Shown piece after piece: positions 13,201 through 27,400 of a stretch of DNA of 64,000 bases. The notes under the pieces are model-generated. The model had not been told where the DNA came from, did no database searches, and worked only from the letters and a program-made list of their open reading frames with translations. Numbering within the stretch: the first letter of the stretch is position 1; the number at the start of each line of letters is the position of its first letter. Origin of the DNA: Lingula anatina. Taxonomy: Eukaryota > Animalia > Brachiopoda. The stretch is taken from NCBI GenBank assembly GCA_051362555.1, contig CM120640.1, positions 28,544,503 to 28,608,502 of the forward strand. The letters are read 5' to 3'. The position numbers and the translations under genes are program-made.

Positions 13201-16200
13201 GTAATTGTCCTGTACAGGAACAAATACTGCTGCCGGAATATCAGAACGCGGACAGAGGCATTAGTGCGTAAGGGTCGATCGTGCACAGATTAAGTCCACT
13301 TGACAAAAAAGATGTTCTATTGTTTACACAGAATTTCATCAAATGAATACAGTACTAGTCGCGTACGCAATAACACCAGCGTCATTTTTGTATACTCTAA
13401 AGCTTTTGTAAATGGCGAAAACAGTATTCTGTGTTCACCTTGCGTTTTATTGTAAATTATCCATTGTATTTGTTTTGTGTCTAGATTTTACAGATTTTTT
13501 TTTATTTTGGATTTGGTCTTCTGATTTGAAGATATTTAAGTGTTACTGGGGTCAGCGAAAATGTGTATATTGATTTATCAATAAGTTAAGCACAAGTAGA
13601 AATATGAAATACTGAGTTCGGTTAGGCAAGCATTAATTAACAATTACATTTAAAAATGGTTATAAACCAATTTCTCGAAATTGTCCAAAGCAGTTCCAAC
13701 AAGAAAGCAATGTTGAAAACATCGTTGGTGGTGTCCGAGGGCCAGAGGCGAAGATCGTCACCATGGTAACCAAATGAAAATGTTATCTGCCCTTGTTACT
13801 GTGAAAAACACGACCATGTGCCTCGTTTGTTGTAAGAAAACAAGGACGGTTCAGTTCGCTATTTGGAAAGGTGCTACCAACAAAACCAGGTCCCGCGTTT
13901 TGGCAGTGGATTGCGCTTCTGTTAGTTCTGTCCCTATTGAGATAATTATGATAATCTATCTCATCGCAACACCTCAAGGAAGAATAACAGAAGATGGAGG
14001 GAGGTTCTCGTGAGCGCATACAGACTGCGACCTTCAAATATTGACATAGAGAAGTTTCGCGTAGGATACAGAAGAGAAAAAACTAACGAATGCAACTTGT
14101 CAAAGCATTCTCTGCCAGACCGATGGTTCTGAATGACGTTCCTTTCTCGAAGGATTTGTGGATGGGATTTCTTGTGATCTTATCAAATTTGCTTTGGTCA
14201 TCTTCGTCGATATTTGGATTTCTCCTTGAAAGTGTTCACCACTTATTTTGATAATTTTTTTATCCAAACAATAAATAGCCAATGAGAATTTTAATGAAAA
14301 AACTTACGCTGGTCAATTTCTTGAACAATGTTCGCTCAGCCAAATGATTCGGTTTTTTTCACGATTAAAAAGTATTCTAGTCCAGCTTTTCTCAAAATGC
14401 CACATTCATTTTTCTTCAAAATCCACTTCAGTAGCCTTATCATTGAAAATGCCGAACTACATTAGTAGGTTCCAATTCAACTTGTACAAAGACAAATTGA
14501 GATTTTGCCTTAATTCAAAATCCAGGCACGAAGGAGAGCGTAATCCGCATGATGGGGAGGTACAACACTTTAAGAGTATTTTTATTCTTTTTTGTTGGAG
14601 AATTTTCGTTGTGAATGGGGATAAAGACTTGCGATTTTTCGCTTAGAATTGGTCGTATTCGCCTGACCCCCTCTTCAGCAGGTGCAAATCTCTCCACGTA
14701 GATCAAGTGGGCATCGAAGTGGATTGCACCGCTTCTATCACCTTCTTACCCCTGATGGTCCGCGCAGGGCTAAGCAAACAGCAAATAAGCTGTATTTATA
14801 GTTGTTTCAATGGCATTATTGCGGCTTTGTCACCCGTCATGGTGAAATTGACGTGAAATGTACATCGGTGGAGATGTCAACCAAGTTTTTGTTTGCAAAT
14901 CGCAACCCCTGAGCAATAACTGAGACGAGAAGAGAAAATACACAGCAAAGAGCGTTGATCAAATCGAAACAAGCTTTGTTTAGCTGCTTATGATTGTACG
15001 ATGGATTTTAAGGAAATTGCGGAGATACAATCAACATATATACACTATACCCTCCGGGACGATAATCCCCTGCGTATTGATGACGCGCGCGCTCCGACAT
15101 AATATCGTCTGCCACTTACTCTCGACGCTTCCTGTGGCTATTTTCAAATGATATTTGCGGACAGTACGATGGGAACTTGTCGAAAAGCTGATTCCAGTTA
15201 ATGTAGCCCATGGACTCTGTATTTCTGACCATAAGTATAGATTTAGATTAGTCAGAACCAGTGAATCAGTGAGTTTGGTCGAATCGTCACAGCAAAGCGC
15301 CAAGTTGCCACGACGGAATCGAACAAAGACCCCTTAATCGAAGACAGACAAGGAAAACGATTAAGATATAAAAACAATAAATTTACCCTTTTCCTTTGAC
15401 TCACACTTTATTATATTGCGACATCTTCACATCTTAGAAAGTTTTGAACACATAATCTCCTAACTATCGATTGTGTTTGTGTAATTGTAATGTTTAATAT
15501 ACAGTGATGTTGCGTTGTTAGATTTAATCTGTTAATTTGATAATGTTTCTTATAAAAAGCTTGGTCGATTACTAAAACAGTCCAAATAATGCATTTCTTC
15601 AAATAAAAAGTTGGCAAGATGCAAGACAACAAAAAAAGATTGATTCTCCTCTCTATTTTCGGCTCCATAATCAAATATCCTTCTATTTTTTCTTCTCTGC
15701 AGCTTTTTTTGAGAGCAAAAATTATCTTATGTACACTAACATTTGCTCAGCGTTTTGTTTGCTGTTTCAATCTTTGGTCTTATCCAACGAACGCGTTTGG
15801 CTAAAATATTTCCTTGCTGCATTTACACGCCTATGTAAGCAAGCAATACACATGTTCCGATGTTTATTCTAAGTCTACATGGACTGGTCATTCTAACTCT
15901 CTTCTTCCCATTTACTTTTGTGTTTACTTGTTTAAGAAAAAGAAAGAAAGAAAGAAATACAAATTCATGTTAGGTATAATGCTAAATATTTGCAAGACAA
16001 ACAAGCATATGAATGTTTCCTTTCCGTTTAAAACACGGAAAGTAAGTACAGTTTAGGTGAACGTCCTCGCTCACTGGAAGATGAAATATCATGGTAGCAG
16101 GTGACTACGCGTTTGGTTTAGGCTTACATCAAAACAACTCTATTTATTGGCATTGGTGTGTACTCTTTCATGTTGGAACAATTTCTTGGCGTGTTTTTCA

Positions 16201-18311
16201 TCGCAATGGACAAATTTCCGAAGATAAATGGACCAACAAACGACCGCTAGACCGGGAGAATTTTCTTAACCGGCTCACGGTGAGGCAATGAAACGCCCAT
16301 CAATTGAGGCCGGGACTTAGAGAAAAAAAAGAGAAAAAAAATCCTAATTGCATTTTCTTTATGAACTAGAGAAAAGGATTACGTTTGGAATGCTTGATTA
16401 TTAATCATATTTTATTTATGTTTATTGTTCTCTAAATTGATGAAAAATAAAGAGGATCGCATTGAAATGACACTGCATAATTAAGCCACAGATTTTGAAA
16501 ACCTTTACCTGTGATATCGTCGTCACATACATATCAAATTACCCCGCCCCCTCCTCCTTCAATTGCAACTTTTCATTAGATCATAAAATACTATAGCAGC
16601 ATTTAAAATAGAAGAAGAAACTTAAATTGACACATACTACTACATTTTATAGGTAAATTGGGGAATGCAGACATTAAAACGGTTTTATAAATAGTTTTCT
16701 CTTATGACCGATGCAATCTCTATTTCATCTTTTTTCATAATACCTATTTATTAAAACAATATGACGTAAAAGTATATAAGCATATTACATAATTTGTATC
16801 ATTTTGAAACAAAAACTCGCCCATTTTACCATTAAAGGATATTATATTCTTTGATGGCGTTAAAGAATTTTCTACCAAAACCTCCACAACTCTCACAGAA
16901 TAAGGACCATTGTGCTTATGTACATGTATATATTTTATTGTTCACAAGTGCTATTATACACTAAAATCTCCGACGAGAGTGTTATTTCTCTCTTCCATAT
17001 GTTCCCTCCATGAATTGACTGTTTTTCTAATCACCACGCGATTGGCCCTGTATCATTTAGAAGAAATAACATTTACTTTTGAGTAGTGAGGTCACCTGTC
17101 CGATAAAAGTAACTAATGATTACGAATGTGCTGCTGACGAACAATTAACAGCATATTTCGGAAGAAGAAATAAGCCACCTCAAAGTGGCCCGTGTGCTTT
17201 TATTGTTTTGCCACGTCTATAATTTCAAAGCGATGGGGCGATTTTTCACTGTAAATTATGACACTTTTACCGCATAACACCCTTTCGCCACTTCAAACTC
17301 AGCGCTTAAACGACACAGCAAAGTAAGCTGCAATGTGCGCGGAGCTGTTGCAACGTTTGTGATTACTTTTGCAGAAGGACCGATTAGATATCTTTTTTTC
17401 TTTTTCAAAGCATCATCCCATCTACCATCACGAAGGAATGTCTGATGAGATATGGAAACGTCTTTATCTGTGGATTAATGGCGTTTCAGCACAAAGAAGA
17501 ACGAGTTTTCCCTTCTGGCAACAAACACGTTTTGCTATAAAGAATTATTTATAAGTCGGACCAGGCGTAGAATGTGAGCTCAGACGAAAACAAACATGTA
17601 GAGAGAAAACAAACAAGAAACCTATCAAACAGTCGACCTGTTACTGACTTTGATACATGTATTACGTATTCCCATTTGTTACAAAGTACATGCACATGCC
17701 TCTAAATAATAAATATTGGGGTTTTCCAAGATGAAAGCATACATTTCAAAATGTTTTGATAAAGTTAAGCATCATTTGCCAATAGATATTAGATAAATTG
17801 ATTTCCTTATGTGTTAAAATAAGATTTTCATTTTTTTTTGTAAAAAAAAAAATTTAAGTCTACGTAGCAGTGCCTTTGCTTTAATGATAAAAAAATAAGT
17901 ACACAAAGCAACTCAATATATACATACATTGTATATTTAAATTTATTTTTTTAAATTTATTATTCTAAAGTTTGCAGCTACACATCAATACCCAATGAGC
18001 ATCTAGCTTTAAATTTCTTTGCATTAGAGCAACCATCTCTCTCTCATTTGGTTTGCTTAATGTATCTACAGATCTTTGTCATGACTATTGTGTTCTTCAA
18101 AAGCAAAGAATTTATTTCACGACTTACTCTTAAGACATATTGGATGTTACATGTTAACTATTTCAGATACTGCATCCAACTGCACTTGAGCTGTTCCAAA
18201 ATCAGTTGTAACAACGGAACCTTTGACAATCAATGTTATGTGTTCACCCATTACTGTACCTACATGTACATGTATCTGAAGGCTCCATATACAAAATAGC
18301 ATTACAATACC

Positions 18312-18317
18312 TTTATT
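18312..18317 (-). other. Putative polyadenylation signal of CBWD/ZNG1
   Basis: AATAAA on the minus strand ~155 nt after the TGA at 18473. Confidence 0.45.
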
Positions 18318-18472
18318 CTATTTAATTATAAGTTTGGTAGAAATGTGCCTTTTTTATCTACATGTAACTCTGCAACGTCGAAATATATGTACAGAAATCT
18401 GCTCAAGTGACGCTAGTGAACACAGACATGATCTTTCTGATAACTCCAGACATACTGTTTGCACATGCCATA

Positions 18473-21400
18473 TCAGCTGGATCCACTGTTACTTGTTTGT
18501 TCTTCAACCTTCATCATAAATAAATTCTGCAGAGTTTCCTTTTCTAGGTTTTTACCTATGCAATACGTGGAAAAAAAATTAAATAAAAAGAGTTCATATG
18601 AAAAACATGTTGATCAGTATGTTACAAAATCACAAAAAAGATAAAGGTTAAACTATTTTGTGTGTGTGTGAAAATATTTTTGTGATTCATAACATAATTT
18701 TTTATCTAATTCTTTAAAAAATAGTACAATATATCGTCATGTTTTGACGATAATGTTTATAATGCTTATGATATACAACCTTAATTTTCAAATTACAAAT
18801 ATAAGATTTGGCAGTAACATCGCAATCCATGTTGAGAAATACACTGTTATTTATATACAGACATTTATACAGACAATGATTCACACTGTATTCTGGGTGA
18901 AACAATTTACCTATAAAAACCAATCTGTTCATCCTCTGCTCTGATTCTTCCCATAGTGTTGTCTCCTGCCTGTCATACAATTCATGGACTGCTTGGACAA
19001 TGACTCTCCTTGGACAGTCCACAATACTGGTGACTCCCTGAAATAAGACAGTCATACTCTGAGTAAATGACTGGCAGGTGGTGTATTACCCAACCTCATG
19101 GGTTACATGTAATTATAATAAAAGTTCTGCATTTTCAAGGGAAAAAAGCAAAGCTCCTGACAACTTTGTCATCAGACATATCTGGACATCGTGATTAATA
19201 CCAAAACTGCTTGAAACAATCAACATAATACTCCAGTGCACTTTGATATTTGATCAGCACCTGGAAACCTCTATAACATGTAAGTGAATTAGCTAAGTTC
19301 TAATCTCCATTGTATAGCCTCTGATGGATGCCTAAAAAAACAACCTGGACTTCTGGTTGCTAAGTTTATTTTTCAAAAATCATACTCTAAATCATAAGAA
19401 ATTATATATTTTCTAGGCAGGAATAATAAAACTTTACTATTCTTCCAATTTTACAAACTTCATTACATCGTATATTTTAGTTTTAGGCACATGTATTTGC
19501 ACACTCATTTTGTGAGGCACACCCTAGTGGCACCCCCATTCAATGTGGTGCTATTACAACTTTCATGAAATATTGTTTATATTTCTTATTTGGATGGAAT
19601 TAAATTTTGATTTCAATTTAATTTGGAACATTTGACACTTGGGGTTATGAGTGCACTCATATGTAACACTGCTCTTTTTTTAAAACCCCATCCCAAATAA
19701 CTAAACATCACACACATGCTGTCAACTAAACACTGGCTGTAACTAAAATTTGGCTTTTGGATTTCTGTGCGCTGCTGTCAGTAAATCAAATCCTCTGTTG
19801 AAAAATTCTCCTCTCTCTCAAGTGTAAATGTTATTCCCACCAAGGTGAGAAGCTTCTCAACCTTTTCACATTTGAGCCATCATGTGGATTTCCTGCAACA
19901 AAGTGAAGCTATTCTAAACTGCGAATAAGCTGATCCTTTTTCCAAATGGAATTTTCAGCTTAAGCTGAATGTCATCATGGGGCTTGATCGAAGGTGTTAG
20001 AATAAAAAGCAGGAAAAAGAGGAAAAGAAACTAACTCTTTCCATCTGTAATGCATTGAGCAGAGTTGGGAGGAAATTTTAGTTAGAGCAACAAACATTGC
20101 AGTTACAAGCGGCATAATATTTGTTTTAACATCAAGTGACCTCAAATCTCGTGGCCAATCACATCACAGCTCGCCTGGGTGGTAGGGTTCCCTTCGTTGA
20201 TCTTCTACTACACAAACCCATGTTTTTTACACTTTGAAAAACTCGGTAAATCTGGTACCCATTTGGCAAAATTGATTTCTTTGGTTCTCCCTCAGTGTCG
20301 GTTTACTGGGGAAAAAGCTGGCTGGCTGTCAGATGTAAGGCAAACATTTGCTGCAAAACTCAATCAAGACAGTTGTGTTTCTCCGGATCACTTAAAAGAA
20401 AGTCAAAATGCATATGGCTTTATACTCAAGTGAAAGCGCCCTGTTGTTTTCTTTATTTTTCTTCAGCTAACTTTACAGTCTGCATCTGTCTGCAACATGC
20501 CTGATGGCTTTGGGATTACTCCATTCCTCAACATTTGCTGATGTACTGGAAGAAAGAACATACCAAAACTTTTTTTTGCTGGTTGGAAGATGTAATGGTA
20601 GAATAGACATGCACTCTTTGCCTTCAAGAGGGTCTTGACTATTTGCTAATGTCTCTTCATTCTTATTGTAAATAACCCTTATCACTCTTCTATTGTAGCA
20701 TGCCATATGTAACTTAATACAAACATCCCTTTTGAAAACTAATTGAAAATGCAGCTTACCTACATTATATCTTTTTAAAAAGATATCTGTTTTAGTACGT
20801 CTTATTATTTTTATATGATTTCATATGCAAAGATTTCATATGCAAACAATCTCAAATATGAATTAATTATTAGCACAATTAAAGCCTATGTTCCCTGTAT
20901 GAAGGACTCCATTTTAAGTAAAAGGTGGAAAGAGAAAAGTTCTGAGGAAAATTAGCTGACCAATGTTAAGAAGCAGCAGTTATTTAGCACATAAGGTTAT
21001 TTAATTACATTACTTGTATCAAACCTTAAAGATATAAGTTTATATAATTTGATAAGGAAGCAGCAGAGTGTATCATATCGATTGCATGCTACAAATTTTC
21101 CAAGAAGCTGTTTTCTGAAAACACCTGTATTTCTGTCAAAAAAAGTCTGTCTAACATTTATCAAAAACTTGTGCTTTCAAGTATGATTTCTGCCATGAAC
21201 TTGGTCAAATATGAAAGAAAAACATTAACAAAATTTAAGGGCAATTAGGTTCACATAAAATGTTCCCAAGTTTTTTTTCTTGAAAAGAACAAAATAACAG
21301 TTTACAGAAAATAAATCAAAAGGTGGTTCAAGCAAAATGAATCCTGAGCAGCAAACAAAAAAGAAAAAAAGAGGCAAAAAAAAAATAAATAAATAAAATA

Positions 21401-24400
21401 AAAATAAATTAAAACAGATTTGTCACAAAAATGTTTCTTCATACTTATATATGGGAAAGCACATGGGCATAAGTGGGGGTGAGGGCAACAGGGGAAACAC
21501 ACATATACACAGTATGTGCATGTATGACCTTATAGCACCACTGCTACAACTGACACCCTAAAAGTACTGGGCACCTGTTGTTCATAAATACCCCCTTAAT
21601 GGGGTGGGTGGACACGGTCTGGTGATTGATGGCTAGCCAATGGGCACAGGTGGAGAGTCCAAGGTCAACTTGGAGAGTCGGGTCTGAAACCCCCGTCTGC
21701 ACTAAAACCCAGGGGTTTCCTGAAACACTGATGACTTTATTTGGTGCTAAAAAGTGGTATTGGAACTTATATACATGTATATTTCAAGGGTATTTTTTAG
21801 TTTGAAAGAATACAAAATGATGATAAGTTTGCCTAGAACAAGAATAATGTCGATCACAACAGGAAAATTCAAATTTTCTTATCAAATATGCAATTCAATA
21901 ACAAATCTTTTTAAAGATTTAAAAATCCTGAATACTTACTGGGCCCAGCCAGTATATTGACATTTAAATGCCCATGTCTTTACCCAAAAAATTCTTGCCT
22001 GCAGACAATTTCAAAATTCTTTCGTTTGTAATAAACAACAGAAAAAATATTATTTTTAAAATTGCACTAAATATTGGTTCTAGGGTTTCCCTCCGGAAAT
22101 ACTGGGGTTAGAATATGGGACAAATATTGCCTGTACAAAGTACTGGGAAATAGGACTATAGTTTATTTTGAACTACACATGCCATTTCTGTCACCCTGGC
22201 TAAACATATATGAATTCGGCAAGTGTAACATTAAATTCATTCTTATGTCAACCCCTAGGGTTTTTGGTTTTTTTATCACTCCATTTTGGTTATTTCTACA
22301 TTCATTTTTACTATTATAACATGTTTTGCAATAAAACTTTGCTGAACAAACTCAAAATTCACTGCTTTGCATTCTTGTTCATTACCGGATGTACCTATTT
22401 TGGTAGGAATACCCATTTTGGCATAACATATACACATGTAGCCTTACTTTAATTTTCAATCTAATTCATCATAAATTTGCTATCCCCTCACAATAAAATA
22501 TTCATTCTTGGTGAAGCGCATATTGTTGAAATATCATTTCCCAACACTCTGGGGGTTGCAAGCGATGTAGGTGGTGCAAAATACAAACCAGAACATCTTG
22601 TTTCCATGGTAACCTTTTGTGCAAAGGGTACAAATTGCATTACACGGGCAAACACATGCACATGCCAAAGACTATTTAAGCAAACACTCAATTCCAACTG
22701 ATATTTTGAAAGATGGGCCCATGTTAAAACTAGGGGACCAGTTAAGTCAAGTTTTTGCAATAAATTGCATATTTGTTATTGTAGTCCTCATTGAGACAAT
22801 TACCGTAATTCTAACCATAGCTACACTGGCGGTAGAAAAACAAAAGGTCGCGGTTTGGCCGTTGGGGAAGTTGTACATATCTTTCTACAAATATTGACTC
22901 TGTAAATTTTCTTACAAGATACATCCATTCCTTTCTTAATTATCTTAACGTGTCAAAGCGGTTTTCACTTTGCCAATTTGAGCCTGCATTTTGGTTGGTG
23001 GAGCAGAGGGAAACACACACAGACAGTAATGGCCCAATTAATTATGTTCTATATCTTTCCAATGGTTTCCACATGACAAGTTTGCAGAACCTTCTGTTTT
23101 TTTCCTTTTTAGATTTGATTCCATTTACTATCTGTTTTCTTTACAGGCAAAGGGTGTGAAGTTTAGCTGTTCAGCCAAGTACAATAAAAACATTATACCT
23201 TTTCAAATTTCAAGCTTACAACATCAATCTGAAGACAGCTAAAACTATACCTTCCTAGGAATGTGAAGGGAATTATACTTAATCTTATATTTAAAATTCG
23301 TAAATGAAGCTTACAAACAAAATATATAAAAACTAAAATTACATGTCTCTCATCATATTATTATTTGGATTCAGTAATATATATTACAAATTTTCAACAT
23401 AACAAAAAATCGTTTACAACAAACATAGCTGAAGAGTCCTCACTAATCTATTTCATATTTCCACAACTAGTTGTGCTAAATCCATTTGTTTCTAGCAAAA
23501 ATGTGGAAACTGTATCATTCCCATTTCTCTGTTGGAGAACACGATTTAGGTGGAGGAGATTATGCTAGTAATTGTTTGACATCCCTGCGCCATGTGCTAC
23601 ACACGGTCGCTGCATGTGTGGTTTGCAGAAAATCATCCCCGAACAATGATTAAAGAATTGGTTCACTAATCAAATACCAATTTAACACAATGCCAATCTG
23701 TAGAATAGCAGAAAGAAAGAAAATCTTTATCATTACAGTATTTAAACAGAAAAGTACATTTTTTAAACATCTCGAAGTAGTGTACTTATCTGCCTTCATT
23801 TGTTAATAACACATTTTGGAATTTAGAAAGGAATTTTCTTAACCATATGTATTGTTTTAACTTTTGTATAAACAATCTGCAGTGTATAAAACCTTAACAC
23901 AATCCATTTATTCAGCCATATATTTGGTTTGTGGGGACCAGAAAATATGGGAGAACATACCCATACCAAATAGATTTCATTTTTTCACAATTTTTAATTG
24001 TAAGTGTCCATCTCTATTATTCTATTCTTACTTTGCAGATTAAGGTTTTTCTATCATGTCCTAATAACATAACCTTATCCATTTCTGTTTTAAAAATGCC
24101 AAAATGCCATTGGTTACTTATCTGTTTATTCTGGCTTATAAACAACAAAATAAAATCATGAAATCACACTGTTATACCTTCTTAGTTAGTTCAAAAACCT
24201 TTCAAATGTTCCTCATTGTGCAATCATGCTGGTGATAAAATTTTGGCAGCATATTGCTGACACTCCATCAATCTCCATTAGATAGCACTTCATTCTCTTC
24301 CATGTATATATCATTGTTAACCTCAATTTAATTAGTGAAAAAAATATACCAAGGCAATATCTTCCAGAGTGCTCAATATAGGTGTAAATTTCTTACATCC

Positions 24401-27400
24401 AAGAATTAATGGCTCATTTTGGAAGTTCAATTAAAATACACATTTCTGGTAGTAGGGAGGCTTAGACAAAAGTTTTACAGGTATGATAATTTACTTGCTT
24501 GTTATTAACACAGTCCTCACCTAATATTTGGCACCTGGACTAAACTGTCACCAAATATCAGCCCCTCCTTCAGAAGAAATTTATTCTTTGGAGTCGCGGT
24601 TCTGTCCGAGCACTTACAGAGAGGGAGGCTTGGTAAGGCTGGTCCACTCTCCTGCAACCACACACAGTTGCATAAGGACCACTATCAAAACATTACACTG
24701 TTTTGTTATTGCTTCCTTCAAATGTGATTTCCATAATATTTTTTCTACTTGTCAAATCTAATTTCATCCAAATTCTCCAGTGGTGCCCCCAGGTGCTGGT
24801 ATCAATAAATTGCAAGATGGTAAAAATGTGGCCAATCGCACAAATTGATGTCAAAACAGCTCTATGTGGGAGGCGGCTCTGGGCCGCATTTAAGGGTGTG
24901 TTGAGGAATATTAGCCCCAGCTAACATAGCACAAGTTTTGACTCTTCTCAGAATAGAGTATATTGACTTTGTACTGCGAGCTGCATAACCGTACTGGCTG
25001 CCAGATACAAATTACCTTCTCTCATATGTGCCTTATTATTTATCATGAACTTGGTATTTAATAGCATGTATATAATGAATGTATTAATGTACAAGTTATG
25101 TCTAATACATACACACATAAATAGAGATACAGCTGAACGTATATCTGTAACATCACCTAGTCAAACAGAGCAGTTTTGTATCTAGTAAACGTACAGAAGC
25201 ACTGTAACAAACCTGCAGAAATGCCTGCAATCAAATATTATCAATAAATTCATTATTTTAGAGATCAGAATTTGTTAAGGTACATAGTTTCCACTTGTGC
25301 TTGCTGTAAAAATAACGTGGGATAGTTTTCAAGGAAGTCCAAGAGGACAACAGTTGACAAATACTACATAAAACCAATTGTGATAGCACATGAAATGTTT
25401 CCACTTGTTGACTCTACCTCATAAATTCATTCAAGTCAATGTTACAAAACAAATTTTCCAGATCAAATAATTTAAAATTTCTCTCATTTGGACCATAATT
25501 CTTTATCATCCCTCACCACAATAAAGGCATAACCTCAAATTTTATTTTTTTTAAATAATTAGATTCGTAACATGGCATATTTGAGTAATATACAGGGGGT
25601 GTATTGTAGTCATTGTTAGTCTGAAATGCTGTATTTTGACACACATAATCCTGCCAAAATAAAATGAGCCTATCAAGCATAAGCCTAGCAAAGTAAAATG
25701 AGCATTTCAAAGCTACTTGTATTGTTATGTTTACATTAGAATATAGAAAAAATCATAAAATGCTAATAAATATACAATAAAAGTAAATAAGATAAATTTT
25801 TTTGTCATTTTTTTTCTTTTTCTACAAATTATGTTATTTCACTAAAACAAAAATCAGCTGGAGAAACCAAAACAAATAACCCAATACCTTCATCCGTAGT
25901 ATATCCATTGTATTCCCCCCAGGGTTGGTCACTTTCTCCCAAAGGACTGTGTCCATGAACTCATTCAGTGCTGCCTTAGTGAGGCTTCCCTCAACCTCAA
26001 ATGTCACTGTTGTCACAGTCTGAATTGAAATGAAAAAACATGCTTTTTAAACAAAGAACCACTGGTCCCAGTCAACCACTACGAACATGAAGGATGAGAG
26101 TTTTTCATCCACAATGACTGCTAGTGATGCAAAATCAATTTGGAAATTTAAGTCACCATTTTCACATTTGACCTTGTATATTTTTTTAAACAATATGGTG
26201 CAGGCTTTGGTAGTTATAATAATAATTTGTTCAAGATAAGAAAAAATCAAAGTCTACCTGGTATATTTTGTCTTTATATTTTTATCAATACTTTCATGTA
26301 GAGAGTTTTTTCTTCTGTACCTTAATTTATACTTTTTTGTGTTGTTTGATTCATTAATTATTTTGTTGCAAAATTTAGTACTGACATTAATCATAATGTA
26401 AAACAGAAATAGTAAGATATGAAATTTAAAATCAATTTTATGAGCATTGTCCTTATAATATTTATAAATATAAATGTAAAGAAACAGAGAATAAAATTTA
26501 CAAGACAATCTAATGTGCTGAACTTGGAAATAAAATAAAAATTTTCTCACAGGACTCCATCTTAAATATCAATTCTAACCTTTCAGTCTCTATAATACTC
26601 TGAACAATAGAAAATGTGTAAAAATAATTCTTAATAACCAAGCTTTGTTTATGGTAGCTTATGTGCATGGTTTGTCACTCAATTTCCTTTTGTTTTTTTT
26701 GAGAGAGGGGACTTCACCATGCCCTTTAATAAGTAGATTCCACTTTACCATTGCCTAAAGGTACTTGTGACCTTACTAAGAAATGTTCCTAGTTTAAAGC
26801 AAAAACAGTGATGAAAGCATCTGAAAATCAATGTCAAAATCACTTTATACGTGGTAAATAAATTCTGGAAAAGAAACATCACCTTTGCGCCACATCTGAT
26901 TACATAGGACTGAGCTTTCCATTTCTGAAACTATTTTTAGATCTAAAAAAATAAATTGATGTTTTTACTTATTTGCAGTAATATGGTTAAAAACAGGCAT
27001 TATTGCAAAAGTGGCACAAATTTCACAAAAATAAATACAGCGATCAAAGAAATCATGAACTCACAAATATGATCATAATAGGCAGGGTAAGTGAGTTAGT
27101 AGGTGCTATGCAGTACATAGCATGAGAATTTCAGTAATTCATTTTTTAAAAATAAAAAATGTAGCCATCTACTTGATATGTCTGTCATACTGTTTGTTTC
27201 TGTGTATAAAAACCAAGGGAACCTCTTCAACCTCATGCCTTTTATGCCACTGTGTTTTAACTAAAAATGCTGGTGTCAACCAAGCATATATCCTGTGCCA
27301 CTTACCTTGTCTAAATGATGTGATCCACCAGCAGTGTTCTGATTCCCCTTGAAGTTAAATATCTCATCAACACTGTAACATTAGAACAAGTTAAGTTCTC

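Noticed and set aside
13700-15400. Slightly GC-richer stretch with several 60-100 aa ORFs
   Set aside because: No recognisable protein motif or consistent exon chain; could be regulatory DNA or a decayed TE.
22081-22257. TAGGG...CCCTA hAT-like MITE
   Set aside because: Inverted repeat is very short and there is no TSD.
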